NCBI GenBank assembly: GCA_013239625.1
Contig: MU054220.1
Coordinates: 434,001-484,117 of the forward strand
Direction: 5' to 3'
Origin: Lama guanicoe
Taxonomy: Eukaryota
Length of the DNA: 50,117 nucleotides
Made by a program: the position numbers and the translations under genes. Under the pieces are notes generated by a model that was given only the letters and a program-made list of their open reading frames with translations, was not told the DNA's origin and did no database searches. Positions 1 to 12,167 of this stretch are shown piece by piece (the first letter of the stretch is position 1; every line of letters starts with the position of its first letter).

Positions 1-240
1 CCAACACAACCAGATATTTGCCTCATTCTTCAAATGATTTCAAAGAGGTAAAGGATACATGAATTAAGAAATTTCAGCTTAAAAACAAATCATTATTTTG
101 ATGATGTGTTTCTATTCCCTTCAAAGGCCAGTAAAAGTCAGTTGTCTTTTTCTGAGTACAAAATAATACAAAACTTTGAAAGCCTTTTCCTGTTTTTAAG
201 TCTAAAGACGAAAAATCAGGCTGCTGATCACTTATAGAGA

Positions 241-508
241 AGTGGTTTTTAACCAAGAGTAACTGTGATCCCCACGGGACATGTGGCAATGACTGGAGGC
301 ACTGCTGTTTCTGACAATACAGAGGGGTGCAACTGACATCCAGTGCTTAGAGACAAGGGATGCTGCTGCTAAGCCCTGAACAAGGCACGTCACAGGGTCA
401 CCCGCTCCCCACCCACCACCTCAACTCTGCACACGTACTCACAACAACGCAAATACCAAAATGTGGTCTGGCCCAAAATGTCAATAGTGCCAAGACTGAG
501 AAATCCGC
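241..508 (+). mobile_element. MER20-like hAT-Charlie DNA transposon (non-autonomous)
   Basis: Starts AGTGGTTTTTAACC..., contains GGGACATGTGGCAATGACTGGAG and GGGATGCTGCT, and ends GGCCCAAAATGTCAATAGTGCCAAGACTGAGAAATCC, following the MER20 consensus as recalled. Confidence 0.8.
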
Positions 509-1420
509 CATGGAGGGACATCACAAAGTCCCTTTGGCACAAGGTCAAAGTAAGTCCTCTCCGTTCTGCTTCAGGGGTGGTTCACGTGTCTGTGAGGACC
601 CCTCACTACCACTCAGCATCAGAGTGACTGTCAGGAGAAGCTCCATCCTGTCTTGACCAGGTTCCACGGATGGAGTCCATGTGAGAGGGGAGAAGTAGGG
701 GAGGGAAGAGAAATCAAGCATTTTTTTCTGATTTGTTACACTCTTTCCCCTCCTACACTACTAGCTGTTAGAAGATATTTGTTTCTGCAGATGAAATTGT
801 TTGGTTTCTCACTGAGATATTTTCTCAATACACAAAGGGAAACTGCTTTTATAGGGGTACCCCAAACACGGCATTTCTTAAAACACTCTCTAAGAGATGG
901 CTAAAAACAGACTTTTAAAAATATACCTAATACCACTGTCTTCCTTTACAGTTCCTCCTTCTCTTCTACATGGCTATAATAAACTACTCCCATGAGAAAC
1001 AACAAACAAGCTTCCACATCCCAGGAAATATTCAGTCCAATCTCCCCAAACCAGAGTGTAGTCCAGCCAACTGACCTGTGGGGTAGACATTGCTTCCTCT
1101 GTTCTTGAAGATGCTATGATGGAAAACGTGATGGGCTCCATGATTTTATGTGTGTGCATCCCTGGAGCTCATATCCCTTGCTTCCAAAACCAATCAATAA
1201 CCCCTTTGGGATATCAACAAGATACAAACAAAACAACGTCATCTGGGGACTCAGTGAATGACTTTGGTGTGATATAAACAGAGGAAAAACCTATTCTGAC
1301 TTGGTACATGTTATAAGTCCTTCCAGAGTTCATGATGAATTGCAGAGCATTGCACCTGCATCCAAACACTGTTTTGTGAACCAGAGATCACACATTATGA
1401 AATACATGAATATGTCTTAT
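470..1420. repeat. Paralogous copy of the OR5L upstream block (homologous to ~12168-13058)
   Basis: Colinear matches include GTGACTGTCAGGAGAAGCTCCATCCTGTC, TGACCAGGTTCCACGG, TTTCTTAAAACACTCT, TTTATGTGTGTGCATCCCTGG and TTTTGTGAACCAGAG in both places. Confidence 0.9.
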
Positions 1421-2804
1421 AAACTTTGCCTGGCTTATCCTCAAAACTCCTTCCCGGAGGTCGTAGGATCCGAAGTCCCACCAGACTTCTGCCAAAGCAA
1501 TCTGACACATCGGGTAACAAATTCTTTTAAAAGATACAATCTTCAAAACTTTGGCCTTCAATAAAATTGGAAGGCAATCTAATCTTCCTTAATGCCTGAC
1601 TTAAAAAAGTAATGAAAGATTATTGCGAGAAACTGGCTTGAAGATCTGTGTGTCATTACAGTTACAGCACAATTTCTGACAGTTTCTATTCTCCTTTACT
1701 TTCATTATGATGAAAAATTCTCAGTATTTTCATCTGTCAAAAAGTAGAAATGGGAAGAATGTATCAAGATACATTGACTAGAGAGGAGGTGAGGAGTGTA
1801 TAAGTTATTTGAGCAAAATGGGTTATTAATATTGGAGAAAGCTGGTATTTCTAATTTGCCAGATTAAATAGGTGCTGATGCTAATGACTACCTAGACTTC
1901 ACTTTGTTTTTAATATGGTCGCATAGGCAATCAGCATTCAACACTTAGGGCAACTTTGTTTTAAAGGGAGGAGTGTAGTTGAGAAGGATTCAGACGTTAT
2001 GGTCAGAAAAACATCACAAAGGGTTGATGGTAAAAGGCAGAAAAATAGCACGGAATGCAGGCTGGGCCGGCACTCATCACACTTCATCTTTGCAGGTGGG
2101 ATTTTCTGAGATCCATGCTACCATTTTGAAGCCACTGATGGAACCTGTCATAGCTTGTCGCACTGTGACACTGGAGCTCCTTTGAAAACACATTCGGAAT
2201 ATAGATCATGTCTATCAACTCTCCATTGATGTCAAGTAACCTGTACACACAATACCACACACACAAACACTCAAACATACACACATACACATATACACAT
2301 ATACATACACTCTAGGCAGTACTTACACAATGAAAAAAAAATTGTTGGACGGAATCAGTACTACATTTTGACCTCCTTGTTGTTATGTTTTAGTCTCCTG
2401 AATAAAATTCCTCCCTTATTGAAATGTGTCTCCTAAAACTCTGTCCACTCCTTCATCCAGGGACAGGTATACACAATACCTATGTGATGAAGGCATCTCT
2501 CCTAAGTCCCTAAGTGGATTTGAACTTTTCTTTCTCTCAAGCCCTCTGGGATACTTACCATTTTCTACCTAATACAACACTACCTTGGTCCTACTGTCAA
2601 CATAAATTTTTCATTCCTTGAAGGATGGAGACTATGTCTTCTCTTAACTACTATTTGTACTTTTATAAGAGAAATGCATGTGTTTATGGACAACCTAGTC
2701 TACTTCAGGTAAAAAAGAAGAATGAAATTAATATTTCTCAAGATTATAAATGTATTTCACATGACATCTATGTTGTGTTTTAATCTTTAAAATCAGATTA
2801 GCTT

Positions 2805-2930
2805 AGAAGTCTCAATTTTGTAGATGAAAAATTAAAGATTTGAGAGATTGATGAGGTTTTTCTCCAGTAAATAAAAGACAGAGTCAAGTTTAGTCTCCTT
2901 GAGCCAAAATCCATGTTCTTTCCATTTCAT
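2805..2930 (-). mobile_element. MIR SINE fragment (degenerate)
   Basis: ATTTTGTAGATGAAAAATTAAAGATTTGAGAG...CCAAAATCCATGTTCTTTCCA resembles the MIR core in reverse orientation. Confidence 0.55.
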
Positions 2931-3031
2931 AACACTAACTCTTATTAATTTTAAAGCTATCTTTAAAAAAATCAACATTTACAGACACGCTTTATTTGCA
3001 TACCAAGGACAAGGTCTACTAGATAACGTAT

Positions 3032-3973
3032 TCAGTAAGAAAAGACTTTAGAGTCCATGATCTTGCTGACTGTATCCTTGACATCCTTATTTCTCAGGCT
3101 GTAGATCAGGGGATTCAACATGGGGATGACCACGGTGTAAAACACTGACGCCACTTTGACTGTGTGCCTGGAGATTTTGGAGTTGGGCACACAGTAGAGG
3201 AAGAGGATGGTGCCGTGGAAGATGGTGATGGCCGTCAGGTGGGAGGCACAGGTGGAGAAGGCTTTGCGGCGACCACTGGCCGAACGCATCTTGAGGATGG
3301 TGACAACAATGAACACATAAGACGTGAGAATGAAGAATAGTGTGCTGACTTCATTGAAGGTGGCAAAAATGAAAAGCAGCAACTGGTTGAGATATGTGTC
3401 AGAGCAAGAGAGGGAGAGCAGTGAGGAGAACTCACAGAAGAAGTGATTGAGCGTGTTGAAACCCCAAAACGATAATTTGGTAACAGAACAGGTGAGTATC
3501 AAGGAGCAGGCCACTCCCCAGGCATAAGATACAATCACCAGCGTGGCGCAGAGCTTCTGGGACATGGCGACCGTGTAGAGCAGAGGGTTGCAAATGGCCA
3601 TGAAGCGGTCGTAGGCCATCACAGCTAACAGAAAAGATTCAGTCACCACAAAGGTGCAAAAGAAAAAGAACTGTGTCATACAGCCTACAAACGAAATGGT
3701 TCTGTCTTTGACCACTAGGTTCACCATGGTCTTGGGAGCAACTATGGAGGAATAGCAGAAATCCACAAATGACAGGTGGCTGAGGAAAAAATACATAGGA
3801 GTGTGCAGTTTAGGGTTAATTTTGATTATTACTATCATCCCAATGTTCCCGACCACAGTGACACTGTAGATGGCCAGAAATACCAAGAAGAGGGGGACCT
3901 GCAGTTCTGGGTAATCTGAGAAGCCCAAGAGAGTGAATGTGGCCCCACTTTTATTTCTCTCTGCCCGTATCAT
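3032..3973 (-). CDS. OR5D18: Olfactory receptor, family 5 subfamily D, OR5D18-like (313 aa, intact)
   Basis: Canonical OR motifs GN (TM1), [43 protein letters not shown] and [16 protein letters not shown], plus an N-terminal sequon [26 protein letters not shown] and the C-terminal KVFSY match human OR5D18 as recalled. Confidence 0.93.
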   Translation of the reverse strand: MIRAERNKSGATFTLLGFSDYPELQVPLFLVFLAIYSVTVVGNIGMIVIIKINPKLHTPMYFFLSHLSFVDFCYSSIVAPKTMVNLVVKDRTISFVGCMTQFFFFCTFVVTESFLLAVMAYDRFMAICNPLLYTVAMSQKLCATLVIVSYAWGVACSLILTCSVTKLSFWGFNTLNHFFCEFSSLLSLSCSDTYLNQLLLFIFATFNEVSTLFFILTSYVFIVVTILKMRSASGRRKAFSTCASHLTAITIFHGTILFLYCVPNSKISRHTVKVASVFYTVVIPMLNPLIYSLRNKDVKDTVSKIMDSKVFSY

Positions 3974-4003
3974 GCTTTCTGTTTGTCAGAATCTCAATCA
4001 GTC

Positions 4004-4020
4004 CTGAAACAAAAATATTA
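4004..4020 (-). other. Splice acceptor of the OR5D18-like coding exon
   Basis: Minus strand reads ATTTTTGTTTCAG|GACTG..., 30 nt upstream of the ATG, the usual layout for an OR 5' UTR intron. Confidence 0.6.
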
Positions 4021-5024
4021 AGGAAAGTGATGATATGAGACACTCTGTTAATGACTTCTTACCAAGACTGAAAGGTGAAATAAAATATCTCTTTCGGGAT
4101 TTCTGTGTGTATTTTTTATGCAAGATGTGCTAAATGCCTAATATCTTTTTAAAATATGATAATCATTCTAAAAATTTTTTTTAAGTAAAACAATACAATT
4201 TTGAATTAATTTTCAGTAGTTCTCAATTGTAATTTTAATATTTACACATGAAAATATGAGATCAAAGGGATTGGGGTTATTTTAAATGAAATCCTTCCAT
4301 AATACTTTCAATTGTCCTTGAACACTGTAAGCTCATTAAAAGTATAACCCAGCATAGTACAATAACTGATTATGTCAGTCCTACAATTAGTAGGAAAATG
4401 AGAAATTCCTAAACAAATTAATTTTTGCATATGTTCACAATGTGACAGGACGAATGACACCCTTGACACTTTACATTTATGCCTTTATTATTCATTGCAA
4501 ATCGTACCTTAATATTTGTTTGTGTTTCTGTCTCAGTAAATCTGTTGTGTGTGTCCCAACTCGGGGAGTCCTGCTGGTCAATTCCCCCTCATTGCATGAG
4601 GAATAGTAAAATTGAGACAAATAATAAAGATAAGCTAGTCTACTTCCTTATTCTAGAAATGACAAAACAGAAGCTGGAGAACCTTGACTTTCCCTGTACC
4701 ATGCAAATTGGGACCAGTCTCTACATGCATGGCTAGAACCCTGATTCCACGACTCCCAGCAATTATCCATTGCTCTGCAATAGACTGATCCGTGTTCAAG
4801 GTCTAGATACTAAGATATTTGCTTTATTAATGATCATACTCTTAAATGACAAACCAGAAACTATAAATCTAAAGGAAATTGCCCAATGAACATATAAATA
4901 TCACAGAGCTCTATGGTAAAGCAGCATCAAACAGGATGAACTGAGAAAAAGATTTAGCAAAATCTTCTCTCCCAGGAAGAATGACTGTAGCAAAGATTCT
5001 GACTTAAAAACTTCCCTTTCCTCA

Positions 5025-5100
5025 GCCTCCCTTTCTCTCCTTCTCTCTCTCGCTCTCTCTCGCTCTCTCTCTCTCTCCCTCCCTCCCTCTCTCCTCCCTT
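5025..5100. repeat. (CT)n/pyrimidine-rich microsatellite
   Basis: CTCTCTCTCGCTCTCTCTCGCTCTCTCTCTCTCTCCCTCCCTCCCT seen directly. Confidence 0.9.
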
Positions 5101-5129
5101 TAAGACATAACGGGAAATGTATTCTGTCC

Positions 5130-5680
5130 CTTGATTACCTGTGAAGAAAAAAGATTAAATCCTTCAGGCAGCACTATACTATGAAGACATTTCATGATAA
5201 AACAGTAATACAAAAGAATCGTTTTTCTCTAACTGGTCACCAACCCCTCTCAGATCCAACCAGACTGAGAAACTCTTTCTCTGTCACTTCTTGTAAGGTT
5301 CTCTCTGGTCCCACAACCCAAGAAATAGATTTCAGATGGCTCATCAATGAAGATGTCAGATCATGAGCAAACCTGAGACACTCGAGTCCCCTGTCTCTTC
5401 CTGCACTCACAAATCTGAGTATTAAAGACAACCTCGAAAGACCGTCTATCACAAAGCCAGACATTCTAACTAGCTAACTTACCTAAGGCACTTCAGGGTC
5501 CATTTTAAACCAATGTTATATTTCATGTAATAATCCTTGTGACCCAAATGTTATTTTTAAATTGCTTCTAAGTGTCTTTCAGTTCAGGAAATATGGCAGC
5601 TAAAATCTTCCCTGTATTTTTTCTCCATTTTGTAGTAATTTTTGCTCCCAGGGCTGCTTTATAGCCTTAATTACAGATGG
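5130..5680 (-). promoter_or_regulatory. Candidate OR5D18 non-coding exon(s) and promoter
   Basis: Minus-strand donors CAG|GTAATC (~5139) and TAG|GTAAGT (~5482), an O/E-like CTCCCAGGGC (~5646) and a homeodomain TTAATTA (~5667). Confidence 0.45.
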
Positions 5681-6284
5681 TCCTTTTTTTTTTTTTAAAC
5701 TAGGATGTTTATTTGATCTCTGTTTATTTTTTTTTAATTTAAATACTTATCTATTTCCCCTTGACTGTTTCTTCTAAAATTTGTAGAAGCAAGACAGTGC
5801 ACATTCCCCAAATTCCCAGAGCGCTTCTAACCCCCATTCCAGGCACTTGTTGTTTATGGGGCTGTTATTCAGGAACCAGTGTGCTTCCTCTTCCTTGGAA
5901 TCTGAGATACATAACTTTTGCAATGACTAAATATTTATCAAGAATTGTCTGGGTCTACATGGTAGGATACCCCTCACACGTTTATTTTTTCTAGATACCC
6001 TACATTGAAATTTATATCAATCTTCCCTTAGAATCTTAAAGCATACCTGCCGATGGCAAAGGTAGGACCTCTCCTGGTTGGAAGTGATGCATGTATTCTT
6101 ATATCTAGAGCCACAACCTTTGGGACTTAAACCCTAGAGGCTCTCTGTTGCCTCATTCTCTTGAAGGCATGAGATAAACAATTAAAATTAATCACTGCTT
6201 ATGATGTAATAAATGTGTACTAGAAAACCTGGAGCTTCGTTCAAGTTCGGGGACCCCTTGTCCAATGCTACCTGAATTAAAAGA

Positions 6285-6660
6285 TAAAGATGACCATTAC
6301 CAGTCATCTAATGTGAATATCATTTACCCCATGATATACTGTGATGAGAAAAACACCTCTCTGGTATTCTTCCCCCAAACCCGTAATCCCAGGTTAGTGT
6401 GAGAACACTCATTAGGCAAACCCACATTTGGAAGCTCTCAGCCGGACACTCGCCAGTGCCCCTCAGAACTGCCAAAGAGAAGAAAAACAGGAAAAGAGTG
6501 AAAAACTGTCACAGAAGAGGTTGGGGAGATATGACAGCTAAAAGCAATGCGGTCCCCTGGGTTGGATCCCAGGAAAGAAAGAGGGTGTTGGTGGAAAAGA
6601 AAAAAAAAACGTAAGGAATCCAAATAAAATTTAGATTTTAGGGATGATCATAACACACCA
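6285..6660 (+). mobile_element. Old L1 (L1MC/L1MD-type) 3' UTR fragment
   Basis: GGCAAACCCACATTTG...GAAAAACTGTCACAGA...GATATGACAGCTAAAAGCAATG...GGTTGGATCCCAGG resembles L1MC/MD 3' ends. Confidence 0.7.
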
Positions 6661-6664
6661 ATAT

Positions 6665-7345
6665 TTATTTTTTTAAACATTTTACTTTATTGTGGTGAGA
6701 ACACTGAACATGAGACCTGCCCTCTTAAGAGACTTTAAGTGTACAACACAGTATTGTCGACTACAGATGAGGCTTTTAAACAGTAACTTCTAAAACTTAT
6801 TTAAGCTCAACTGAAACTTTATGTCAATTGATTTGTACCTTCCCATTTTCCCCTCCACTAGCCTCTGACATCTATCATTCCACCCTGATGCTAAGAATTT
6901 GATTACATTAGGTACATTAGGTACATTATATGAGTGGAGTCACACAGTATTGATTTTCTTTGACTGGCTCACTTCACTAAGCACAATGTCTTCAATGTCC
7001 ATCCACGTGTGAAGAATTTCCATCTTTTTTAAGGCTGAATTGTATTCCATTGTATGTATCTACCACATATTCTTTATCTACTTATTTGTCCATAAACATT
7101 AAAATGCTTCCACATCTTGGCTATTGTGCTTACTTCTGCAATGAACACAGGAATGCTAATATTCTTTGAAACCATGATTTCAATTCTTTTGGATAAATAT
7201 CCAGAAGCAGGATTACCGGATCATTTATTTATTTAATTATCTTATTGTGAAAAACCTCCCTCCTGTTTTCCACAGCAGCTGTACCGTTTTGCATCCCTAC
7301 AAGCAGTCTCCAAAGGATCCAATTTTTCCACATCCCTGCCAGCAC
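6665..7345 (-). mobile_element. L1MA-type LINE 3' fragment inserted into the older L1
   Basis: TTGTGGTGAGAACACTGAACATGAGA..., TTTTTAAGGCTGAATTGTATTCCATTGTATG and GGATAAATATCCAGAAG are typical of a reverse-oriented L1MA 3' end. Confidence 0.8.
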
Positions 7346-7582
7346 TCAGCTAAGTCAGGCCCTCTTTTCAAAGCTCTCTGGAAAATATGTACTTTGTGGT
7401 CCAGATACTTAATGTTTGCAGTGGCTCAAAATTTCCCCCCAACTGATTTTTTTTCATGAAGAAATGACTGAACCTAAGGTATCTATTAGATACTGTATGT
7501 GGTAAAGAGTGTACGTATTTTCTCAGAACTGCAAATGAACTTACTAGTGGAAAAGGCAGCCCCCTCCAGCCTCTGGAGAGCT

Positions 7583-8271
7583 TGCTGGTTTGGGGGAGAG
7601 GCTAAGACTCTTATATGTACTTTCACGCCTTCTGCCATGGGTGCCAGTGATTGGGTTCTTGTCTCATCATAGAAAGATTTCAAAGATGAGACACAGAGGT
7701 CAAGAAAGAAGTGAAGATTCATTAAGGGATAGTGCACTCTCGAGGGGAGGGCAGGCAGGCACAGGTGAGCAGCTGCCCTGAGTTTCTTTGGCAAGTTGGT
7801 TACATAGGGCATACAAATCAATAGGCCAAATACCCTTTGGGGAGGGAAGGGTTTGAGTTCCCTGATTTCCATCCCAGCTGCAGCTTCCTGAGGAGAGGAG
7901 AGATGTTTGTGCTTATTTAGTCTGGATGGGAAGTGTCATGGCATTGGTGCGTGGTGGGTGCTTCTAATCTGCAAGGCTAGTTTTATTGTAATGAGACCAT
8001 AATGAAGAAAAGGTTACATCAGATGCCAGAGATTCCTGCTTTATTCCATCTTCCTTTGTCCACCTCCAGGACACTTGTCACCCCAAAGTGTGTGGTTTCT
8101 TACCACTCCCCGGGTTCCTGTTTCTCTTTGTCACCCCAGGGACCCTTGCTGTTTGTGTGATGCATGGTTTCCTGCATTTGGTCCTGTTCTCCTCTTTTTT
8201 CCCCCAATTCCTGCCATTTGGTCTACGTCCCCCTTTCTCTGCTCATGTCTACCTATGTGCCTTCTCTAACA
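7583..8271 (-). mobile_element. ERV1-type LTR (approximate left boundary)
   Basis: The reverse complement starts TGTTAGAGAAGGCACATAGGTAGACATGAGCAGAGAAAGGGG. The region is GC-richer than its flanks and has an LTR-like U5 tract (GGGTTCTTGTCTC...AGATTTCAAAGATGAGACACA). Confidence 0.65.
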
Positions 8272-8532
8272 CCATTAGCACCCTAGAGAAAATTGCTTTC
8301 CTTATTCTTCAGAGGCCTCAAAACAAGCAATTAAAATTAATTATTGTTTTCTGATGTAACTCAGTTTTCTTGGGAAACTTGAATAAAAACAAGCAGAAGC
8401 TTTAGAAACATTTTATACAAAAGTTAATCAAAACTTGAAATGTCTTCTCTCCATGCCCCATGATCATTCTCCAAACAAGTCGTAACATAAGTTACCTTTA
8501 TTACTCAGCAGTATAGTATATTGCTTTATTCT

Positions 8533-8758
8533 TTTTTTAAATTTATTGAGATACAATTGACCAACAAACCCTGTATGTATTCAAGATGTAAAATTTGATG
8601 GTATGATCTACATACACATTGTGAAAAAAATCACCACAATCAAGCTAATTAACATATTCATCACTTTACATGTTACCATTTTCTTTTTTTTATGAGAGCA
8701 CTTGCGTCTGACACTCTTAGCAAGTTTCAAGTATACAATACAGTATTGTTAATTCTAG
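8533..8758 (-). mobile_element. L1MA-type 3' end fragment
   Basis: TTTATTGAGATACAATTGAC...ACCACAATCAAGCTAATTAACATATTCATCAC...TTTCAAGTATACAATACAGTATTGTTAA. Confidence 0.8.
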
Positions 8759-8759
8759 T

Positions 8760-8850
8760 TGTTAGAGTAGGCAGGTAGCTAGATATGAGCAGAGAAGGGG
8801 GGTCACGGGACAAATGGCAGAAAACCATACATCCTGTGAACAACAGTCCC
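8760..8850 (+). mobile_element. Truncated 5' end of an ERV1-type LTR related to the 7583-8271 LTR
   Basis: TGTTAGAGTAGGCAGGTAGCTAGATATGAGCAGAGAAGGGGG...CAAATGGCAG is similar to the reverse complement of 8215-8271. Confidence 0.6.
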
Positions 8851-9939
8851 ACCAAAGAGTATTTAGGACAGAGCATCTCCTTATATATATCAGCGATAGG
8901 ACAGCAAAGAGGAATTTGGTTTCTCAGTGTCCCCAGAGGAAGCTACATCTGGCTAGAATCAGTATTTTAGTTTCTAAAGTTGTTGCAAACATCCTGGATA
9001 CCTGATAAATAATTATATTGTGTAAGTTCACAGCATAATCTCATCTTTACTTCCAATTTATCATACACTGGTCATCTCTTCAGCGACTTAAAATACCACA
9101 TTTATGCAAAATTATTGATTTTTGTTTTTTCTATTACCTCTGACATTTCTTCAGATCATATGTTTATTGTTTTATACTCATACCGTTATATAACCTCCAA
9201 ATTGGTCTTTAAACCTATAGACTCATGCTCTCATATTTGTCACCTATATTGTCACAAAAATAACTCTTCACAAAGTAAATTAACTTATATTTAGGTATTT
9301 GTTTTAATACGCATAAAATATGTCAGGGAGCATGTATTAGGTGTTTCCCATGTGGCGGGGGCTGGGGATGGACCATGGGAATATACCAAACATTACAAAA
9401 ATAAATACATTAAATAAGTGTAAACTAAAGTAAAATGAATAAGTGAAAGCTATAAGGAGATAGTGATTCTACAGATGGTAAATCTGAGTGACTCATTGAC
9501 ACATAGGGACATTACCCACTTTCTAAAGATATCCTCCAAGGCTTTCTCCACTAGACTTACCCCTCTCTGCTTTCTGAACAAATTTCAGTCTCTGTAAATG
9601 TCAATATTTATACATGTATATTTATGTTGATACTTGTGAGTTCATCATTAAGCTCATGAAGGTTTTACAGCAAATTAAATGGACGTGCTTTAACATTCAC
9701 TGACTAGTCCCATTTAAAACATTTTAAATTGAATAAAAGAAAAGAAATAGGCTGCAGATTCTGAAATATGCTTAATCATGAACTTGTAAATTGATAAGAC
9801 ACAAGATAAGTGAATCAAAGGACTGACTCATAACTACACACTCCTTGATTGTTCCCTTTACTCCAACAGTGCAGCCCATCAGTTCACCCTTCCACCAGCC
9901 TCCACTTTGGGGCTCTGAGTTCTGCTAGAAAACTGTTCT

Positions 9940-10875
9940 CTAGGAAAGTATTGTGGCGTTCACCACTTTTCTGAGGGCTTCCTTCACGTCCTTATTCCTC
10001 AGACTATAGATCAGGGGGTTCAGCATGGGAATCACCACAGTGTAGAACACCGTGGCCACTTTGTCAGCATCCCTGCTGCTGCCAGAACCGGGGCGGCAGT
10101 AAGTGAAAAGGATTGTTCCCTGCAAGACAATGATGGCTGCGAGGTGGGAGGCACAGGTGGAAAAGGCTTTGGACCTGCCCTCTGCAGAGGGCATCCTCAG
10201 GATGGTGATGAGAATAAACAAGTAGGAGGTGAGGATGATCACGATGGTGATGATCTCATTGAAAGTGGCCACAACGTATAGCAGCAATTGATTCACAGTG
10301 ACGTCAGAGCAGGCAAGAGATAAAAGCGGGGGTAGATCACAGAAGAAGTGGTTAATCACATTTGATCTGTAGGATGGGATCTTAAGAGCTGAGCCCAAGT
10401 GAATCAGAGAACACACAGTCCCACAGAGGTAGCAGCAAGACACCAGCTCCACACAAAGGCTTCGGGACATGGTCACCATGTACAGCAGAGGGTCACAGAC
10501 GGCCACAAAGCGGTCATAGGCCATCACAGCCAGCAGGATGACCTCGGTTACCCCACACGTGCAAAACAAGTAGAATTGCACAGCACATCCCAGGAAGGAA
10601 ATGGTTTTGTCTTCCTTGAAGATACTGTCTAGCATCTTTGGCACAATGACGGTGGAGTAACAGAAATCCACAAAGGACAAGTGGCTGAGGAAAAAGTACA
10701 TGGGGGTGTGGAGCCGAGGGCTGACATGAATCAGCGCAATCATGCCCAGGTTGCCCCAAACCGTGACTCCGTAGATGACGAGAAACACCAGGAAGAGGAA
10801 GACTCTCAAGTCAGGGGCATCTGAGAACCCGAGGAGAATGAACTTGGTCACAGTGGTGCAGTTTTCCTCCCCCAT
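9940..10875 (-). CDS. OR5L1: Olfactory receptor, family 5 subfamily L, OR5L1/OR5L2-like (311 aa, intact)
   Basis: MGEENCTTV start, [79 protein letters not shown]. Its position between OR5D14 and OR5D18 favours OR5L1. Confidence 0.88.
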   Translation of the reverse strand: MGEENCTTVTKFILLGFSDAPDLRVFLFLVFLVIYGVTVWGNLGMIALIHVSPRLHTPMYFFLSHLSFVDFCYSTVIVPKMLDSIFKEDKTISFLGCAVQFYLFCTCGVTEVILLAVMAYDRFVAVCDPLLYMVTMSRSLCVELVSCCYLCGTVCSLIHLGSALKIPSYRSNVINHFFCDLPPLLSLACSDVTVNQLLLYVVATFNEIITIVIILTSYLFILITILRMPSAEGRSKAFSTCASHLAAIIVLQGTILFTYCRPGSGSSRDADKVATVFYTVVIPMLNPLIYSLRNKDVKEALRKVVNATILS

Positions 10876-11711
10876 GTCTGCACTTTATCAGGGCTGGAAA
10901 AAATACTAATAGTTATTCTCTATTATATCATCCTAAATCCAGTTGTGACTCTCTCCTAAAGAAGACATGAGAATAAGAGGGATAGTTAATTTGTTTCAGC
11001 AAAGAAATTGGATACTGTTTTTGTGAAACTTAGGAAAGGCTCAGATACTGCAGCACACAAATGCATAGAGCTCACAGTTTAATTTATAAATCACACAAAG
11101 CATTTGCGTCTGTAAGAGCCCATATGATTCCCTAAACTAGTCGTACACAGTTTACAGCTTGGAAACTGAATCATCAGAAAGACATCATTGAATTAGCCAT
11201 ACTGTTTTATGAAATTCAAATCTCTTTTTAGGGCAGATTTTTTACTTAGTGTCAAATATATTGGGATCCTGAGAAATGATTTTTTTTAATTACCACATAA
11301 TAACCTTGCTTATTCCCACTGAAATGGTGAGAAGTATGCTTCTTTAAGATTGTTAACCCACAAGTATTTATTTCTTATTAATATGGTCCAGATGGACAAA
11401 GTAGGTTTTATGATCTTTATTAGCATTTCTTCTATAAAATCAGCATAGTGATTTTGTTAACTACGCTACACAATTCAGTCATTATTCAGGGCTTTGGCAG
11501 TCAGATCCAAACTTCCTGTAACTGTGATTCTCAACCCTTAGAAAAACCTATCTGACAAATAAATTCACTACTTTAAATCTGTTGAAAGAACTAAACAAAG
11601 ATGTGAAGATAAAATTAACAGAAATGCTTGGTGCTCTGCATTGCACCTTTATTTATGACAATAAAACTTAGAAATAAAATGTAAAACATCCGGGAAATGG
11701 TCAAAGTTATC

Positions 11712-11738
11712 ACACAAACACACACACACACACACACA
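11712..11738. repeat. (CA)n microsatellite
   Basis: ACACAAACACACACACACACACACACA seen directly. Confidence 0.9.
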
Positions 11739-12167
11739 TTATGGAAAACTATGCAGCTTTCCAAGAACTTTTAACGACCTGGAAATGACTATGAAAAATG
11801 GCAAGTGAAAAAACAGAAAGCCAGATTGCCCAGATAAAATATTATATATCTGTACATGAGTTACATAGGGTATTTAATCCTCACAACACCAGTGGAACAT
11901 AAATATTTTATTTCAACTACTTAAAAAAGTGATGTAGACACTTCCTTGATTTCTCACAAAATGTAAGTGTTATGGTTGTGTTGCAAAGAAAGGTGGGATT
12001 TTTTTTTTTTTTTAAATAAAGGGCAGATACATTCAAGGCCCCTCCCAAATAGAAAATGCCAACAGAGCGTAAGAACAGGCCCGATTCCTCTCTCTCCGGA
12101 ACCCTGGTAATTATACATGCTTTAGAGGCACTAGTTGGTTTTTCCTGGAGTAAAAGGAATCTAGACT

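Noticed and set aside
360..656. Two plus-strand ORFs (360-656 and 12192-12374) sharing the ending EDPSLPLS..VTVRRSSILS, suggesting a micropeptide family
   Set aside because: The duplicated non-coding block explains them. The N-terminal parts are in different frames or MER20-derived, and they are antisense to the OR genes.
10399..10759. Short antisense or alternative-frame ORFs overlapping OR genes (also 3235-3435, 18108-18296, 32935-33690, 41950-42763)
   Set aside because: These are by-products of OR codon usage that recur at homologous positions, with no independent coding evidence.
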